A DNA stretch of 64,000 nucleotides from assembly GCA_937928755.1 (NCBI GenBank), contig CALEZI010000137.1, positions 8,068 to 72,067 of the forward strand. The letters are read 5' to 3'. Below are positions 8,492 through 17,664 of the stretch, piece after piece; positions within the stretch are counted from its first letter, which is position 1, and the number at the start of each line of letters is the position of its first letter. A model generated the notes under the pieces. That model was not told the DNA's origin. It made no database searches and worked only from the letters and a program-made list of their open reading frames with translations. Source of the stretch: an uncultured Rhodanobacteraceae bacterium. Its GTDB lineage: Bacteria; Pseudomonadota; Gammaproteobacteria; Xanthomonadales; SZUA-5. Both the position numbers and the translations under genes were made by a program.

Positions 8492-8659
8492 GGGGCAGGG
8501 GGCAGGGGGGCAGGGGCCGAGCCATGTGTCATTTCCGTACCGTGGCGATGATCGATGCAACCGCCTGTGCGATTGGTCGCGCGTCGAGCGTGAGACAGAG
8601 TCCCATCTTGCATCATGGTCTGAGCAAGCGCCGAGGTGGGTCCCCTGCCCCTTGCCCCC
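8492..8659. repeat. G-tract / C-tract long-range inverted repeat (potential G-quadruplex or long stem)
   Basis: 8492-8516 = GGGGcaGGGGGcaGGGGGGcaGGGG. 8642-8659 = CCCCtgCCCCttgCCCCC, its imperfect complement. The arms are about 125 nt apart, in the spacer between the DUF3299 gene and murD. Confidence 0.55.
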
Positions 8660-8681
8660 TCTGCATTGCCGCCCTCGCAAC

Positions 8682-9170
8682 TCACTCCCACAACGTCACC
8701 TTGTCCGTGGTCATCGTGTAGGCGGTTGCCGCGATCTCGTTTTCGGCCTTTTCGACATTCAGCGTGCCCTCGATCCAGTAGGCGTCGTAGATCTCGGTAA
8801 CCGGGATCGGTTTGGGCAAACGCGCCAGGATGATCTGGTTCGGTGGCGGTGGCGGAACGTGGATGCAGGCGCCGAAGTAGGGCACGATGAAGAATTCGCT
8901 CATCTGGCTGTCGCCGTCGACCTCGATTGGCACGATGTAACCGGCAATCTTGACCTTGAGCCCATCGAGTTCCTGGATGACGCGGAAGCTGCCGGTCTGC
9001 TGCTGCTTGAAGCTACCTTCGTGGAGCACGCTCGGCGCTTCCATCAGCGCGTCGATTTCGTCTTTCGGCATCAGTTCCAGCCAGTCGAGCTCGCGCGGGC
9101 CTTCTGCAGCAACCGACAATGGCGCCGACATCAGCAGCAACAAGCCCGCAATCAACGTCAGCAAGCGCAT
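8682..9170 (-). CDS. DUF3299 domain-containing protein (periplasmic)
   Basis: Signal peptide MRLLTLIAGLLLLMSAPLSVAA. Hallmark FFIVPYFGACIHVPPPPPNQ motif. Internal ATG of track ORF 8682..9377. Confidence 0.7.
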   Translation of the reverse strand: MRLLTLIAGLLLLMSAPLSVAAEGPRELDWLELMPKDEIDALMEAPSVLHEGSFKQQQTGSFRVIQELDGLKVKIAGYIVPIEVDGDSQMSEFFIVPYFGACIHVPPPPPNQIILARLPKPIPVTEIYDAYWIEGTLNVEKAENEIAATAYTMTTDKVTLWE

Positions 9171-9475
9171 GGAGTTCTCGATGGAGGGCCAGGAATCAAG
9201 ACAAGAAAAGCAGTCAGGCGGACCGGCAAGTCGGATGCGAATGCTCAGGCCGTCGGCCAGCGGTGCTAGACCACCTGCGATCTGCACGCCGGCCGGATCT
9301 GCCAACCGCAAGATTAGCTTGGATGTTCGGTGAATTACACGTCCGTGCTCGGCTCGTCGTTGGTTCCGCGATCGCACCCCGCGCGCGGCGATCTGTGGTT
9401 CTGCGCACTGCGGCTTGTGCCTTCTCGATGTTATACTGTTACACTACGCCCTTGTCGATGCAAGCACGGACCGTC

Positions 9476-9958
9476 ATGCGTCATCCCCATCGCGGATCAG
9501 TCAACTGGGACGGACTGGGCGCCGGCGTCTCGATCGCCTGCGCCGTGCACTGCGCGGCATTGCCGCTGCTGTTCGGGCTGTTGCCTAGCCTGCAACTGGC
9601 GTTGCGGACGTGGGATAGCCAATGGCATGGACTGGCGCAGTGGCTGCTCTGGTCGCATGAGGCGGAACGGGTGGTGGTGTCCACGGTCATCGTTTTCGCT
9701 GCGATCGTGTTGATCCGCGGTTTTTTGCGGCACCGCCAGCGCCTGCCGCTGGTTGTGGCGGCGCTGGCCGGCGCCTTGATGGCCAGTGGTGCGTTCGGCC
9801 ACTGGCACAGCGACGATCTGTTGCACGTGATCCTGCAAGTCATTGGTGGATTGGGCATGGCGGCCGCCCATGTGCTGAACTATCGCCGACTGCACTCCAG
9901 CGCCAGCGCGCCTGGCGACGCCAACCGCGAAGTCCTGCTGGCGACGTCGGCGCGCTAG
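9476..9958 (+). CDS. MerC domain-containing membrane protein
   Basis: GAGVSIACAVHCAALPLLFGLLP Cys motif and 4 hydrophobic helices. Start at ATG 9476 (alternative 9458) inside track ORF 9119..9958. Confidence 0.6.
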   Translation: MRHPHRGSVNWDGLGAGVSIACAVHCAALPLLFGLLPSLQLALRTWDSQWHGLAQWLLWSHEAERVVVSTVIVFAAIVLIRGFLRHRQRLPLVVAALAGALMASGAFGHWHSDDLLHVILQVIGGLGMAAAHVLNYRRLHSSASAPGDANREVLLATSAR

Positions 9959-9967
9959 CCGGGCGTT

Positions 9968-10009
9968 CGAGCCGGCGCGCAGCGTTCGCTGCGTGAGCTC
10001 GCCGGCTCG
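9968..10009. terminator. hairpin between convergent genes (putative bidirectional terminator)
   Basis: cgagccggcg ... cgccggctcg 10-bp stem with an inner gcgcagcg/cgctgcg stem. No clear U-tract. Confidence 0.3.
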
Positions 10010-10091
10010 CGTCCTTCGCGATCATCCGCGACCGATGTGAGAAATGCGGGCGTGCGCGGCAGATTGGCAACCCACGCTGGCCGTTGACGGC

Positions 10092-11957
10092 TCAACCCGC
10101 CTCGATCTTCTCCGCCAACTCCAACCATTCGATCTCGGCCTGCTCGCGGGCTGCGGCGGCGTCGCTGCGCACCTGCTCCAGGCGCACCAGTTCCAGTGCA
10201 TTGCTGCCCTGGTGTGTCGCCGCATCGACCATCGCGCGTTCGGCAGCGCGTTCGGCCTGGGTCAGCTTGTCGACCTGTTCTTCCAGGCGCTTCAGTCGGT
10301 TGTTCAGCGCGCGGCGCTCTTTGTGGTCGATGCCCGACGTTGCCTTGGCTGGCGCCGCTGCCGCGCCATCGGGACTGGCGCTCGGCGCCACTTCGTTGCG
10401 CAGCAGACGGGCGTAGGTGTCGAGGTCTTCGTCGAACGCCGACACGTTGCCCGCAAACACGCGCAGGTACCGCTCGCAACAACTCTCCAGCAACGCCCGG
10501 TCATGGCTGACCAGTACCACCGCACCGGGGAAATCCTGCAGCGCCTCGACCAACGCTGCGCGTGCGGCCATGTCGAGGTGATTGGTGGGTTCGTCGAGCA
10601 GAATCAGGTTGGGCTTGTCGACCAGCAGCAAGGCGAGGGCGAGGCGCGCCTTTTCACCGCCGGAGCGCGGACCCAGCGGCATGGTGGCCATCTCGCCGCC
10701 GTAGCCGAAGCCGCCCAGATAGTTGCGTGCCGCTTGATCGGACAGGCCGGGTGCGCGTGCCAGCATCAGCGTCAGCGGCGTTGCGTCCGCGGGCAATTCT
10801 TCGACCTGCGACTGGGCAAAATAACCAATGGCCAGGTCGCGCGCGGCTTTGCGTTCGCCCGCAGTGGGTTCGAGCACGCCGGCGAGCAGCTTCATCAAGG
10901 TCGACTTGCCGGCGCCATTGCGGCCCAGCAGTCCCACCCGATCGCCGGGTTCGAGGAACAGCGAGACGCCGTCGAGCACTCGCCGCGCGCCATAACCGGC
11001 CGCAGCGCGACTGATCTGCAACAACGGATCCGGAAGTTTGCTCGGAACGGGTACCACCCAATGGACTTCGGATTCTTCCGCAGGCACCGGTGCGGCGGTC
11101 AGCTTCTCCAGCGCCTTGACCCGGCTTTGCGCCTGTCTGGCCTTGGTCGCCTTGGCCTTGAAGCGGTCGACGAAACGCTGCAGGTGCGCGCGCCGTGCCG
11201 CCACCTGGGCCGCTTCACGTTTGGCCTGTTCGACATGCGCAGCGCGCTGGCGCGCAAACGCCGAGAACGCGCCGACATACAGCTCGGCGCTCTCGCCATC
11301 CAGGTACAGCGTGTGCGTGCATACAGAGTCGAGAAAATCACGGTCGTGGGAAATCACCAGCAGGGTGCCGCGATAGCGCTTGAGCCAACCCTCCAGCCAG
11401 AGCACCGTGTCCAGATCCAGGTGGTTGGTCGGCTCATCCAGCAGAAGCAGATCGGAGCGGCACATCAGGGTGCGCGCCAGCGCCAGGCGCATGCGCCAGC
11501 CGCCCGAGAACTCGTCGACCGCACGGCCAAGATCGGCATCGGCAAAGCCGAGGCCGCGCAGCAGTTGCGCGGCACGCGCGTCGGCATCCCAATGGCCGGC
11601 GTGATCGAGCGCCTCGGTCAAGTGTCCGAGTTCATGGGCATCGCCGTGGTGTTGGGCGCGCTCCCAGCGCTGGCGCAACACCGCCAGATCCTCGTCGCCG
11701 GCGAGCGCGTAGGCGACTGCCGTCGACTGGCTGCGCGGCATGTGCTGGGCAACGCTGGCTTGCACCCACTGCCCCGGCACCACGAGTTCGCCGGAATCGG
11801 CGGCCAGCCCCCCGGCGATGGCCGCGAACAAAGAGGATTTGCCGGTGCCGTTGCGGCCCACGATGCCGACGCGGGCGCCCGGTGGAATATCGAAGGTCGC
11901 TGCGTGGATCAGCGCGCGTCCGCCACGTGCGAGAGTCAGTGCCCGCGCGCGGATCAT
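10092..11957 (-). CDS. ABC-F family ATPase (YheS-like, two ABC domains, no TM domain)
   Basis: Two Walker A motifs (GRNGTGKSS, GRNGAGKST), two LSGG signatures (FSGGWRMR, RSGGEKAR) and a C-terminal coiled-coil tail. 621 aa. Confidence 0.85.
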   Translation of the reverse strand: MIRARALTLARGGRALIHAATFDIPPGARVGIVGRNGTGKSSLFAAIAGGLAADSGELVVPGQWVQASVAQHMPRSQSTAVAYALAGDEDLAVLRQRWERAQHHGDAHELGHLTEALDHAGHWDADARAAQLLRGLGFADADLGRAVDEFSGGWRMRLALARTLMCRSDLLLLDEPTNHLDLDTVLWLEGWLKRYRGTLLVISHDRDFLDSVCTHTLYLDGESAELYVGAFSAFARQRAAHVEQAKREAAQVAARRAHLQRFVDRFKAKATKARQAQSRVKALEKLTAAPVPAEESEVHWVVPVPSKLPDPLLQISRAAAGYGARRVLDGVSLFLEPGDRVGLLGRNGAGKSTLMKLLAGVLEPTAGERKAARDLAIGYFAQSQVEELPADATPLTLMLARAPGLSDQAARNYLGGFGYGGEMATMPLGPRSGGEKARLALALLLVDKPNLILLDEPTNHLDMAARAALVEALQDFPGAVVLVSHDRALLESCCERYLRVFAGNVSAFDEDLDTYARLLRNEVAPSASPDGAAAAPAKATSGIDHKERRALNNRLKRLEEQVDKLTQAERAAERAMVDAATHQGSNALELVRLEQVRSDAAAAREQAEIEWLELAEKIEAG

Positions 11958-12197
11958 CGCGGCGCTCCCGACTTCACTGGGCCGGGTCCATCCGGAAACA
12001 CGACGCTAACGAACATGGCGGAAACAAGGACTCGTCATTGAGTGTTTGCCGAAATTCAGTCATTCACCGCAGAATAGCCGGCTCGGGAACCAAGTGCTGC
12101 CGTTGTGGTCCAAGCCAGGCCGAAACCGGCGAACCCGCAACCTGGCTGTCGCCTCGACTTCTTTTCTCACGACTTTCACCTTCAAAGGATACCTTCG

Positions 12198-12905
12198 ATG
12201 AACTCTTTGCTCGCCAAGAGCGCCGTTGCGCTCGCCCTGGGCTCGGCCCTGATTGCCCTGCCGGCGCTTGCGATGGACCCGTCGCTCAAGACCGACAAGG
12301 ACAAACACAGCTACATGATCGGCATGACCTTCGGCATGCAGCTCAAGGATTTCAAGGACGACATCGACGTCGCCCTGGTGCAGAAGGCGATGGCAGACTC
12401 GATTGCCGGCGGCAAGACGATGATGACTGAAGCCGAAATGCAGCAAGTCAGCAACGAATTCCGCACCATTGTGCAGAACAAGCGTCAGGCTGCGCAGGCC
12501 AAGGCTGCCGGCGAGAACAAGGCCAAGGGCGACGAGTTCCTGGCCAAGAACAAGACCGCGCCGGGCGTGAAGACCACCGAGAGCGGATTGCAGTATTCGG
12601 TCATGAAGGAAGCTGCCGGCGCCAAGCCCAAGGCCACCGACCAGGTCAAGGTCCACTACGTCGGAACGCTGCTCAACGGTACCAAGTTCGACTCCAGCAT
12701 CGACCGTGGCCAGCCGGCCACCTTCCCGCTGAATGGCGTGATTCCGGGATGGACCGAAGCGCTCCAGTTGATGTCCGTGGGCAGCAAGTACAAGCTGTTC
12801 ATCCCGGGCAACCTGGCTTACGGCGAACAAGGCCAGCCGCAGGGCGGCATCGGCCCGAACGAAGTGCTGATCTTCGAAGTCGAATTGCTGGAGATCCTCA
12901 ACTGA
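12198..12905 (+). CDS. FKBP-type peptidyl-prolyl cis-trans isomerase (FkpA/Mip-like, periplasmic)
   Basis: Signal peptide, N-terminal dimerisation helix region, and FKBP domain VKVHYVGTLLNGTKFDSS...FPLNGVIPGWTEALQLM...LIFEVELL. AAAGGA Shine-Dalgarno upstream of ATG 12198. Confidence 0.85.
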   Translation: MNSLLAKSAVALALGSALIALPALAMDPSLKTDKDKHSYMIGMTFGMQLKDFKDDIDVALVQKAMADSIAGGKTMMTEAEMQQVSNEFRTIVQNKRQAAQAKAAGENKAKGDEFLAKNKTAPGVKTTESGLQYSVMKEAAGAKPKATDQVKVHYVGTLLNGTKFDSSIDRGQPATFPLNGVIPGWTEALQLMSVGSKYKLFIPGNLAYGEQGQPQGGIGPNEVLIFEVELLEILN

Positions 12906-12931
12906 TCGGATATCCGACCGGTTGATCCGAG

Positions 12932-12960
12932 GGCCGCCGCAAGGCGGCCTTCGTCGTTTT
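12932..12960 (+). terminator. rho-independent terminator
   Basis: ggccgcc-gcaa-ggcggcc stem-loop followed by ttcgtcgtttt, just after the fkpA-like stop. Confidence 0.7.
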
Positions 12961-13064
12961 GGGGGTGCCTGGTGCCGTGCGCATCGCTATAGTCGGCGCC
13001 CTTCGGGCTGCCGATGGTGCGCGGGAGGCGCGGCTCGGGCCCATTCAGCAGAGTGGATTGATCA

Positions 13065-14414
13065 ATGCGCGTAGCAATATTCGGAACGGGGTATGTGGGG
13101 CTGGTCACCGGCGCCTGCCTCGCAGAAGCCGGCAACGACGTGATCTGCGTCGATGTTGACGTCGGCAAGATCGAGCGCCTCAACCAGGGCGAGATCCCGA
13201 TTTACGAACCCGGCCTCGACGATCTGGTGGCGCGCAACCGGCAGTCGGGCAACCTGCGGTTCACCACCGATGCCACGCTGGCCATCGCCCACGGCGAGGT
13301 GATTTTCATTGCGGTCGGTACGCCGCCCGATGAAGACGGCAGCGCCGACCTTCGTTATGTGCTTGCGGTCGCGCGCACCATCGGTGCGCACCTGGCGCGT
13401 TATGCGACGGTGGTCAACAAGTCGACCGTGCCGGTGGGTACGGCCGATCGTGTGCGCGCCGCCATCGGTGCTGTGCTGGCTGAGCGTGGCGCGGAGGTGG
13501 CTTTCGATGTCGTCTCCAATCCTGAATTCCTCAAGGAGGGCGATGCGGTCAAGGACTGCATGAAACCCGATCGCATCGTCATCGGCAGCAGCAGCGTCCG
13601 GGCGATTGCAGCGTTGAAATCGTTGTATGCACCGTTCAACCGCAATCACGAGCGTCTGGTGCTGATGGACGAGCGTTCTGCGGAGCTGACCAAATACGCC
13701 GCCAACGCCATGCTGGCCACCAAGATCAGCTTCATGAACGAGGTCGCCAACATCGCCGAACGTGTAGGTGCGGACGTCGAGTCCGTGCGCCTGGGTATCG
13801 GCTCCGATCCGCGTATCGGTTATTCGTTCATTTATCCGGGCATCGGCTACGGCGGCTCCTGCTTTCCCAAGGATGTGCAGGCGCTCGGGCGCACCGCGCG
13901 CAGCGTGGGCTACTCGACGCGCATCCTGGATGCGGTGGAGGCGGTCAACTACGACCAGAAGTCGAAGTTGTTCGAATTGATGCTGCGACACTTCGGTGGC
14001 GACCTTGGTGGCCGCACGATCGCCTTCTGGGGCCTGTCGTTCAAGCCGAACACCGATGACATGCGCGAAGCGCCGAGCCGGCCGTTGATGCAGGCTTTGT
14101 GGGCTGCCGGCGCCAAGGTGCGTGCCTACGATCCGGAGGCGCGCCACGAGGCCGAGCGGGTATTCGGCCAGCGCGACGACCTGGTGCTCTGCGCCGACGC
14201 GCATCACGCGCTCGAAGGCGCCGATGCGCTGGCGATCATCACCGAGTGGAAGGCGTTCTGGAGTCCCGATTTCGCCATGATCGCGCAGGAGCTCAAGGCC
14301 AAAGTGCTGTTCGACGGCCGCAACATCTACGACCCGAAGGCGGTCGAGGCCGCCGGCATGGCCTATTACGGCATCGGCCGTGGTCGCAGTGTCGCCCGGC
14401 CGGAATTCGTCTGA
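13065..14414 (+). CDS. ugd: UDP-glucose 6-dehydrogenase
   Basis: [21 protein letters not shown] Rossmann N-terminus, catalytic [10 protein letters not shown] motif, 449 aa. Confidence 0.9.
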   Translation: MRVAIFGTGYVGLVTGACLAEAGNDVICVDVDVGKIERLNQGEIPIYEPGLDDLVARNRQSGNLRFTTDATLAIAHGEVIFIAVGTPPDEDGSADLRYVLAVARTIGAHLARYATVVNKSTVPVGTADRVRAAIGAVLAERGAEVAFDVVSNPEFLKEGDAVKDCMKPDRIVIGSSSVRAIAALKSLYAPFNRNHERLVLMDERSAELTKYAANAMLATKISFMNEVANIAERVGADVESVRLGIGSDPRIGYSFIYPGIGYGGSCFPKDVQALGRTARSVGYSTRILDAVEAVNYDQKSKLFELMLRHFGGDLGGRTIAFWGLSFKPNTDDMREAPSRPLMQALWAAGAKVRAYDPEARHEAERVFGQRDDLVLCADAHHALEGADALAIITEWKAFWSPDFAMIAQELKAKVLFDGRNIYDPKAVEAAGMAYYGIGRGRSVARPEFV

Positions 14415-14415
14415 C

Positions 14416-15369
14416 TTGCGCGAGATCGACCGCAAACGCATCCTGGTCACCGGAGGTGCCGGCTTTCTGGGCTCTCACCTGTGCGCACGCCTGCTCGCCG
14501 AGGGCCACGACATCCTCTGCGTCGACAACTTTTTTACCGGCGCCAAAGGCAACATCGCGCACCTGATCGGCAATCCGCGCTTCGAGTTGATGCGCCACGA
14601 CGTGACTTTCCCGCTGTATGTGGAAGTCGACGAGATCTACAACCTGGCGTGTCCGGCGTCGCCGGTGCACTACCAGCACGATCCGGTGCAGACCACCAAG
14701 ACCAGCGTGCATGGCGCCATCAACATGCTCGGTCTGGCCAAACGGGTCAAGGCCAAGATCCTGCAGGCCTCGACCAGCGAGGTCTACGGCGATCCGCAGG
14801 TGCATCCGCAGCCGGAGAGTTACTGGGGCAACGTCAATCCGATCGGCATCCGCTCCTGCTACGACGAGGGCAAGCGCTGCGCCGAGACGCTGTTCTTCGA
14901 TTACCACCGGCAACACCGGTTGCGCATCAAGGTCGCCCGGATCTTCAATACCTACGGCCCGCACATGCATCCGCACGACGGCCGCGTGGTTTCGAACTTC
15001 ATCGTGCAGGCCTTGCTCGGTGAGCCGTTGACGGTCTACGGTGAGGGCGGCCAGACGCGCTCTTTCTGCTATGTCAGCGACCTGGTCGATGGCCTGATTC
15101 GCCTGATGAACACCGCGGACGACTTCAGCGGGCCGGTGAACCTCGGCAATCCCGGCGAGTTCACCATCCTCGAACTGGCGCGCAAGGTGATTGCGGTCAC
15201 GGGCTCGACCTCGACGATCGACTTTCGACCGCTTCCGGCCGATGACCCCACGCAGCGTCAGCCGGTGATCGACCTGGCGCGCCAGAAACTCGGGTGGGAA
15301 CCCGGCATCAGCCTGGATCAGGGCTTGCCGCCGACCGTGGACTACTTCCGCAATCTGCTCGCGGGCTAG
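14416..15369 (+). CDS. UDP-glucuronate decarboxylase (UDP-xylose synthase family SDR)
   Basis: [41 protein letters not shown] motifs. Start uncertain: TTG 14416, just after the ugd stop, or GTG 14380 overlapping ugd. Confidence 0.8.
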   Translation: MREIDRKRILVTGGAGFLGSHLCARLLAEGHDILCVDNFFTGAKGNIAHLIGNPRFELMRHDVTFPLYVEVDEIYNLACPASPVHYQHDPVQTTKTSVHGAINMLGLAKRVKAKILQASTSEVYGDPQVHPQPESYWGNVNPIGIRSCYDEGKRCAETLFFDYHRQHRLRIKVARIFNTYGPHMHPHDGRVVSNFIVQALLGEPLTVYGEGGQTRSFCYVSDLVDGLIRLMNTADDFSGPVNLGNPGEFTILELARKVIAVTGSTSTIDFRPLPADDPTQRQPVIDLARQKLGWEPGISLDQGLPPTVDYFRNLLAG

Positions 15370-15375
15370 TGTGTT

Positions 15376-15417
15376 GCTCTGGTGGGTCCAGACTTGTCTG
15401 GACGCCGGACCCACAGG
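15376..15417. repeat. GGGTCCAGAC-TT-GTCTGGAC hairpin repeat, single unit
   Basis: gctctggtgggtccagacttgtctggacgc followed by cggacccacagg. Same unit as the 62205..62410 array and 32832..32907. Confidence 0.75.
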
Positions 15418-15663
15418 AGCAGCCGGGATTGCTAACTGAACGACGGATTCAGGTTGGCGCCCGCTGCACGTTCCTTGCCTCACGTCAAGAATTGTCGGAA
15501 GACTCGGCTTTCTTTAGAATCCTCGCCCTCCACGGCTCCCCCAGCGGGCCGGCTTCATCCAAATCGCTTGCGCGTGCAGACGAGATGTCTACGCGTCGAT
15601 GAGGGGTCGCCCGTTTTCGGACGGTGGTTCGCACTCGCCAGACTGCAGGAGAGGACCGCGATC

Positions 15664-16170
15664 GTGAAGTGGTACGTCGTCAACACCCGCCCCCGCGAAG
15701 AGACTCGGGCCGTGGAGCACCTCACGCGTGAGGGCTACCAGTGCCTGTATCCCCGTATCCGGCGCACGCTGCGCACGACCAAAGGCCTGGTCGACCGTGT
15801 CGAGTCGCTGTTTCCCAACTACCTGTTTCTGCATGCCAACCCGATGACCGACAATCTGGCGCGGGTGCGCTCGACACGCGGCGTGCGCAACCTGGTTCGT
15901 TTCGGCCTGGAACCGGCTGAAGTTCCGCCAGAAGTCATCGAAGAACTGCAGATCTGCGGCGACAAGCAAGGCGGCGTGATCAAGCTGACTGGCGCCGCCC
16001 GCCAGGCCGTCGCCGCCAAGTTTGCCGCCGGCACGCTGGTCGATTTCGGTGGCGTGTTTCTGACCGCTGATGGCTCTGAGCGTGTGATCCTGTTGATGCG
16101 CGTGCTTGGCGACTACAACAAGGTCAATCTGCCGGAAGATCAGCTGGAAGGCTCGCAGGTCGCCGCCTGA
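15664..16170 (+). CDS. rfaH: transcription antiterminator RfaH (NusG paralogue)
   Basis: GTG start with GGAGAGG upstream. KWYVVNTRPREE...LFPNYLFL...RGVRNLVRFG matches the RfaH/NusG NGN domain. 168 aa. Sits next to sugar-nucleotide genes. Confidence 0.8.
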   Translation: MKWYVVNTRPREETRAVEHLTREGYQCLYPRIRRTLRTTKGLVDRVESLFPNYLFLHANPMTDNLARVRSTRGVRNLVRFGLEPAEVPPEVIEELQICGDKQGGVIKLTGAARQAVAAKFAAGTLVDFGGVFLTADGSERVILLMRVLGDYNKVNLPEDQLEGSQVAA

Positions 16171-16288
16171 GGCGGCCCGTTTTGCGTCGAACCCGGCCGT
16201 TGCAGCAGCGGCGGCCCGGTCGACGATCTCCAAAGCCGCGCAGGTCCTTGACCGTGCGCCATGCGGGCAAGGAATTCGGGACGCCGAT

Positions 16289-16939
16289 ATGGGTCTATCG
16301 CTGCGCGATCAATTGCTCCAGGCCGGATTCACCCAGTCCAAGCCAGAGCCCAAGCCAGAGCGCAAGCCGGAACTGCGGCGCGAGCATTCGTCGGCGCAGC
16401 GACGCGGCGGGCAGCCGTCAACACAGCGCCGCGACGGAAAGCCGGTTCAGCCGCCAACGCGACCGATCGAACCTCGCCCGAAGGCGACTCGCCCTCCGGC
16501 GTCGGGAGAGCCTTCGCTGGCGCATGCCTACCAGATTCGCGCCGAAACCGAAAAACGTGAGCGCGAGGAGGCGCAGAAGCGCGCTCAGGAAGAGGCTGCG
16601 CGCAAGCGCGAGCAGCGCCTGAAACTCGCCGCTCTGGTGGCGGGCAAGGCGCTCAACGAGCGCGACGCCGAGCATGTGCGCAACTTCAGTTATGGCAAGA
16701 AGATCCGCAAGGTCAACGTGACCGCAGAACAGTTCCGCCAACTGAACGCGGGTGAGCTGGGCGTTGCTCAGGTCGATGGACGATTCTTGATCCTGACGCC
16801 GGAGCTCATTGCCGAAGTGCTTGCCGTCGCGCCGCAGCATGTCGCTTTGTTCGTGCCCGACGGCATCGGCGCATCGGCCAACCCCGATGAGGATTACAGC
16901 GACCCACGCTTCCAGGTACCCGACGACCTGGTGTGGTAG
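16289..16939 (+). CDS. DUF2058 domain-containing protein (YaiL-like)
   Basis: MGLSLRDQLLQAGF N-terminus, charged KPE/RE-rich middle, and C-terminal DPRFQVPDDLVW, which matches the YaiL C-terminus as I recall it. Confidence 0.8.
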   Translation: MGLSLRDQLLQAGFTQSKPEPKPERKPELRREHSSAQRRGGQPSTQRRDGKPVQPPTRPIEPRPKATRPPASGEPSLAHAYQIRAETEKREREEAQKRAQEEAARKREQRLKLAALVAGKALNERDAEHVRNFSYGKKIRKVNVTAEQFRQLNAGELGVAQVDGRFLILTPELIAEVLAVAPQHVALFVPDGIGASANPDEDYSDPRFQVPDDLVW

Positions 16940-17067
16940 GTGCACCGCGAGCGCCTCAAGGCCTTCGCTCTCGTTGTGTGCACTTCCGGCGATCCTGTAA
17001 ACTTGACGGGTTTCGGGGCCGCAGTAGACGGTCGCCGAAGGCACTTTCGTTCTGCATGGAGTCAAGC

Positions 17068-17664
17068 ATGGCAGCAGAGTCCGTGAATCACGGCCGGCGC
17101 CGCTTTCTGACGGCCTCGACCGTCGTGGTGGGTGGTGTCGGTGGTGTGTTTGCCGCGATACCGTTTCTTGCGGCGTGGAAGCCCAACGCCAAAGCGGTCG
17201 CAGCGGGGGCGCCGGTCACCGCCGACATCAGCAAGTTGGCGGTTGGCGAGCAGATGACCGTCGCCTGGCGCGGTCGCCCGATCTTCATCGTCCGTCGCAG
17301 CGCGGAAATGCTGGCTACCCTTCCGTCCGAAGACGGTCGACTCAAGGATCCGGCATCGGCGGTCGAAGAACAGCAGCCCGGTTTTGCCAAGAACCCACAT
17401 CGTTCGCTGAAACCGGATGTGCTCGTTCTGGTGGGTTCGTGCACGCATCTGGGCTGTTCGCCCAAGCTGCACACCGAGGTGCAGCCGGAACCCTGGGATG
17501 CGCAGTGGAAGGGCGGATATTACTGTCCATGCCACAATTCGCGCTTCGATCTTGCCGGTCGTGTCTACGAAGGCTCGCCCGCGCCGACCAACCTGGTGGT
17601 GCCGCCCTATCGCTTCGAGAGCGATACGCGATTGGTCATCGGCGAAACCGAAGGAGCGGCGTAA
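17068..17664 (+). CDS. petA: ubiquinol-cytochrome c reductase iron-sulfur (Rieske) subunit
   Basis: Tat signal GRRRFL. Rieske boxes CTHLGC and CPCHNSRF. GGAG Shine-Dalgarno before ATG 17068. Confidence 0.9.
   Translation: MAAESVNHGRRRFLTASTVVVGGVGGVFAAIPFLAAWKPNAKAVAAGAPVTADISKLAVGEQMTVAWRGRPIFIVRRSAEMLATLPSEDGRLKDPASAVEEQQPGFAKNPHRSLKPDVLVLVGSCTHLGCSPKLHTEVQPEPWDAQWKGGYYCPCHNSRFDLAGRVYEGSPAPTNLVVPPYRFESDTRLVIGETEGAA

Noticed and set aside
6986-8680. N-terminal 100-aa extension of the murD-type ORF, and similar 5' extensions of many track ORFs (for example 43616, 16106, 17175, 21827, 56496..57602)
   Set aside because: The extensions are Arg/Pro/Ser-rich, overlap neighbouring genes or repeats, and precede internal starts that coincide with conserved N-termini or Shine-Dalgarno sequences.
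9425-9450. Zur/Fur-like box (gatgTTATActgTTACAc) upstream of the MerC-like gene
   Set aside because: It is a direct repeat rather than an inverted one, and it matches only one half-site of the TGTTATA..TATAACA Zur consensus. More likely a -10-like TATACT promoter element.
10044-12041. 665-aa ORF on the plus strand
   Set aside because: Antisense to a full-length ABC-F ATPase with both Walker/signature sets. Its own translation is low-complexity and has no recognisable family.
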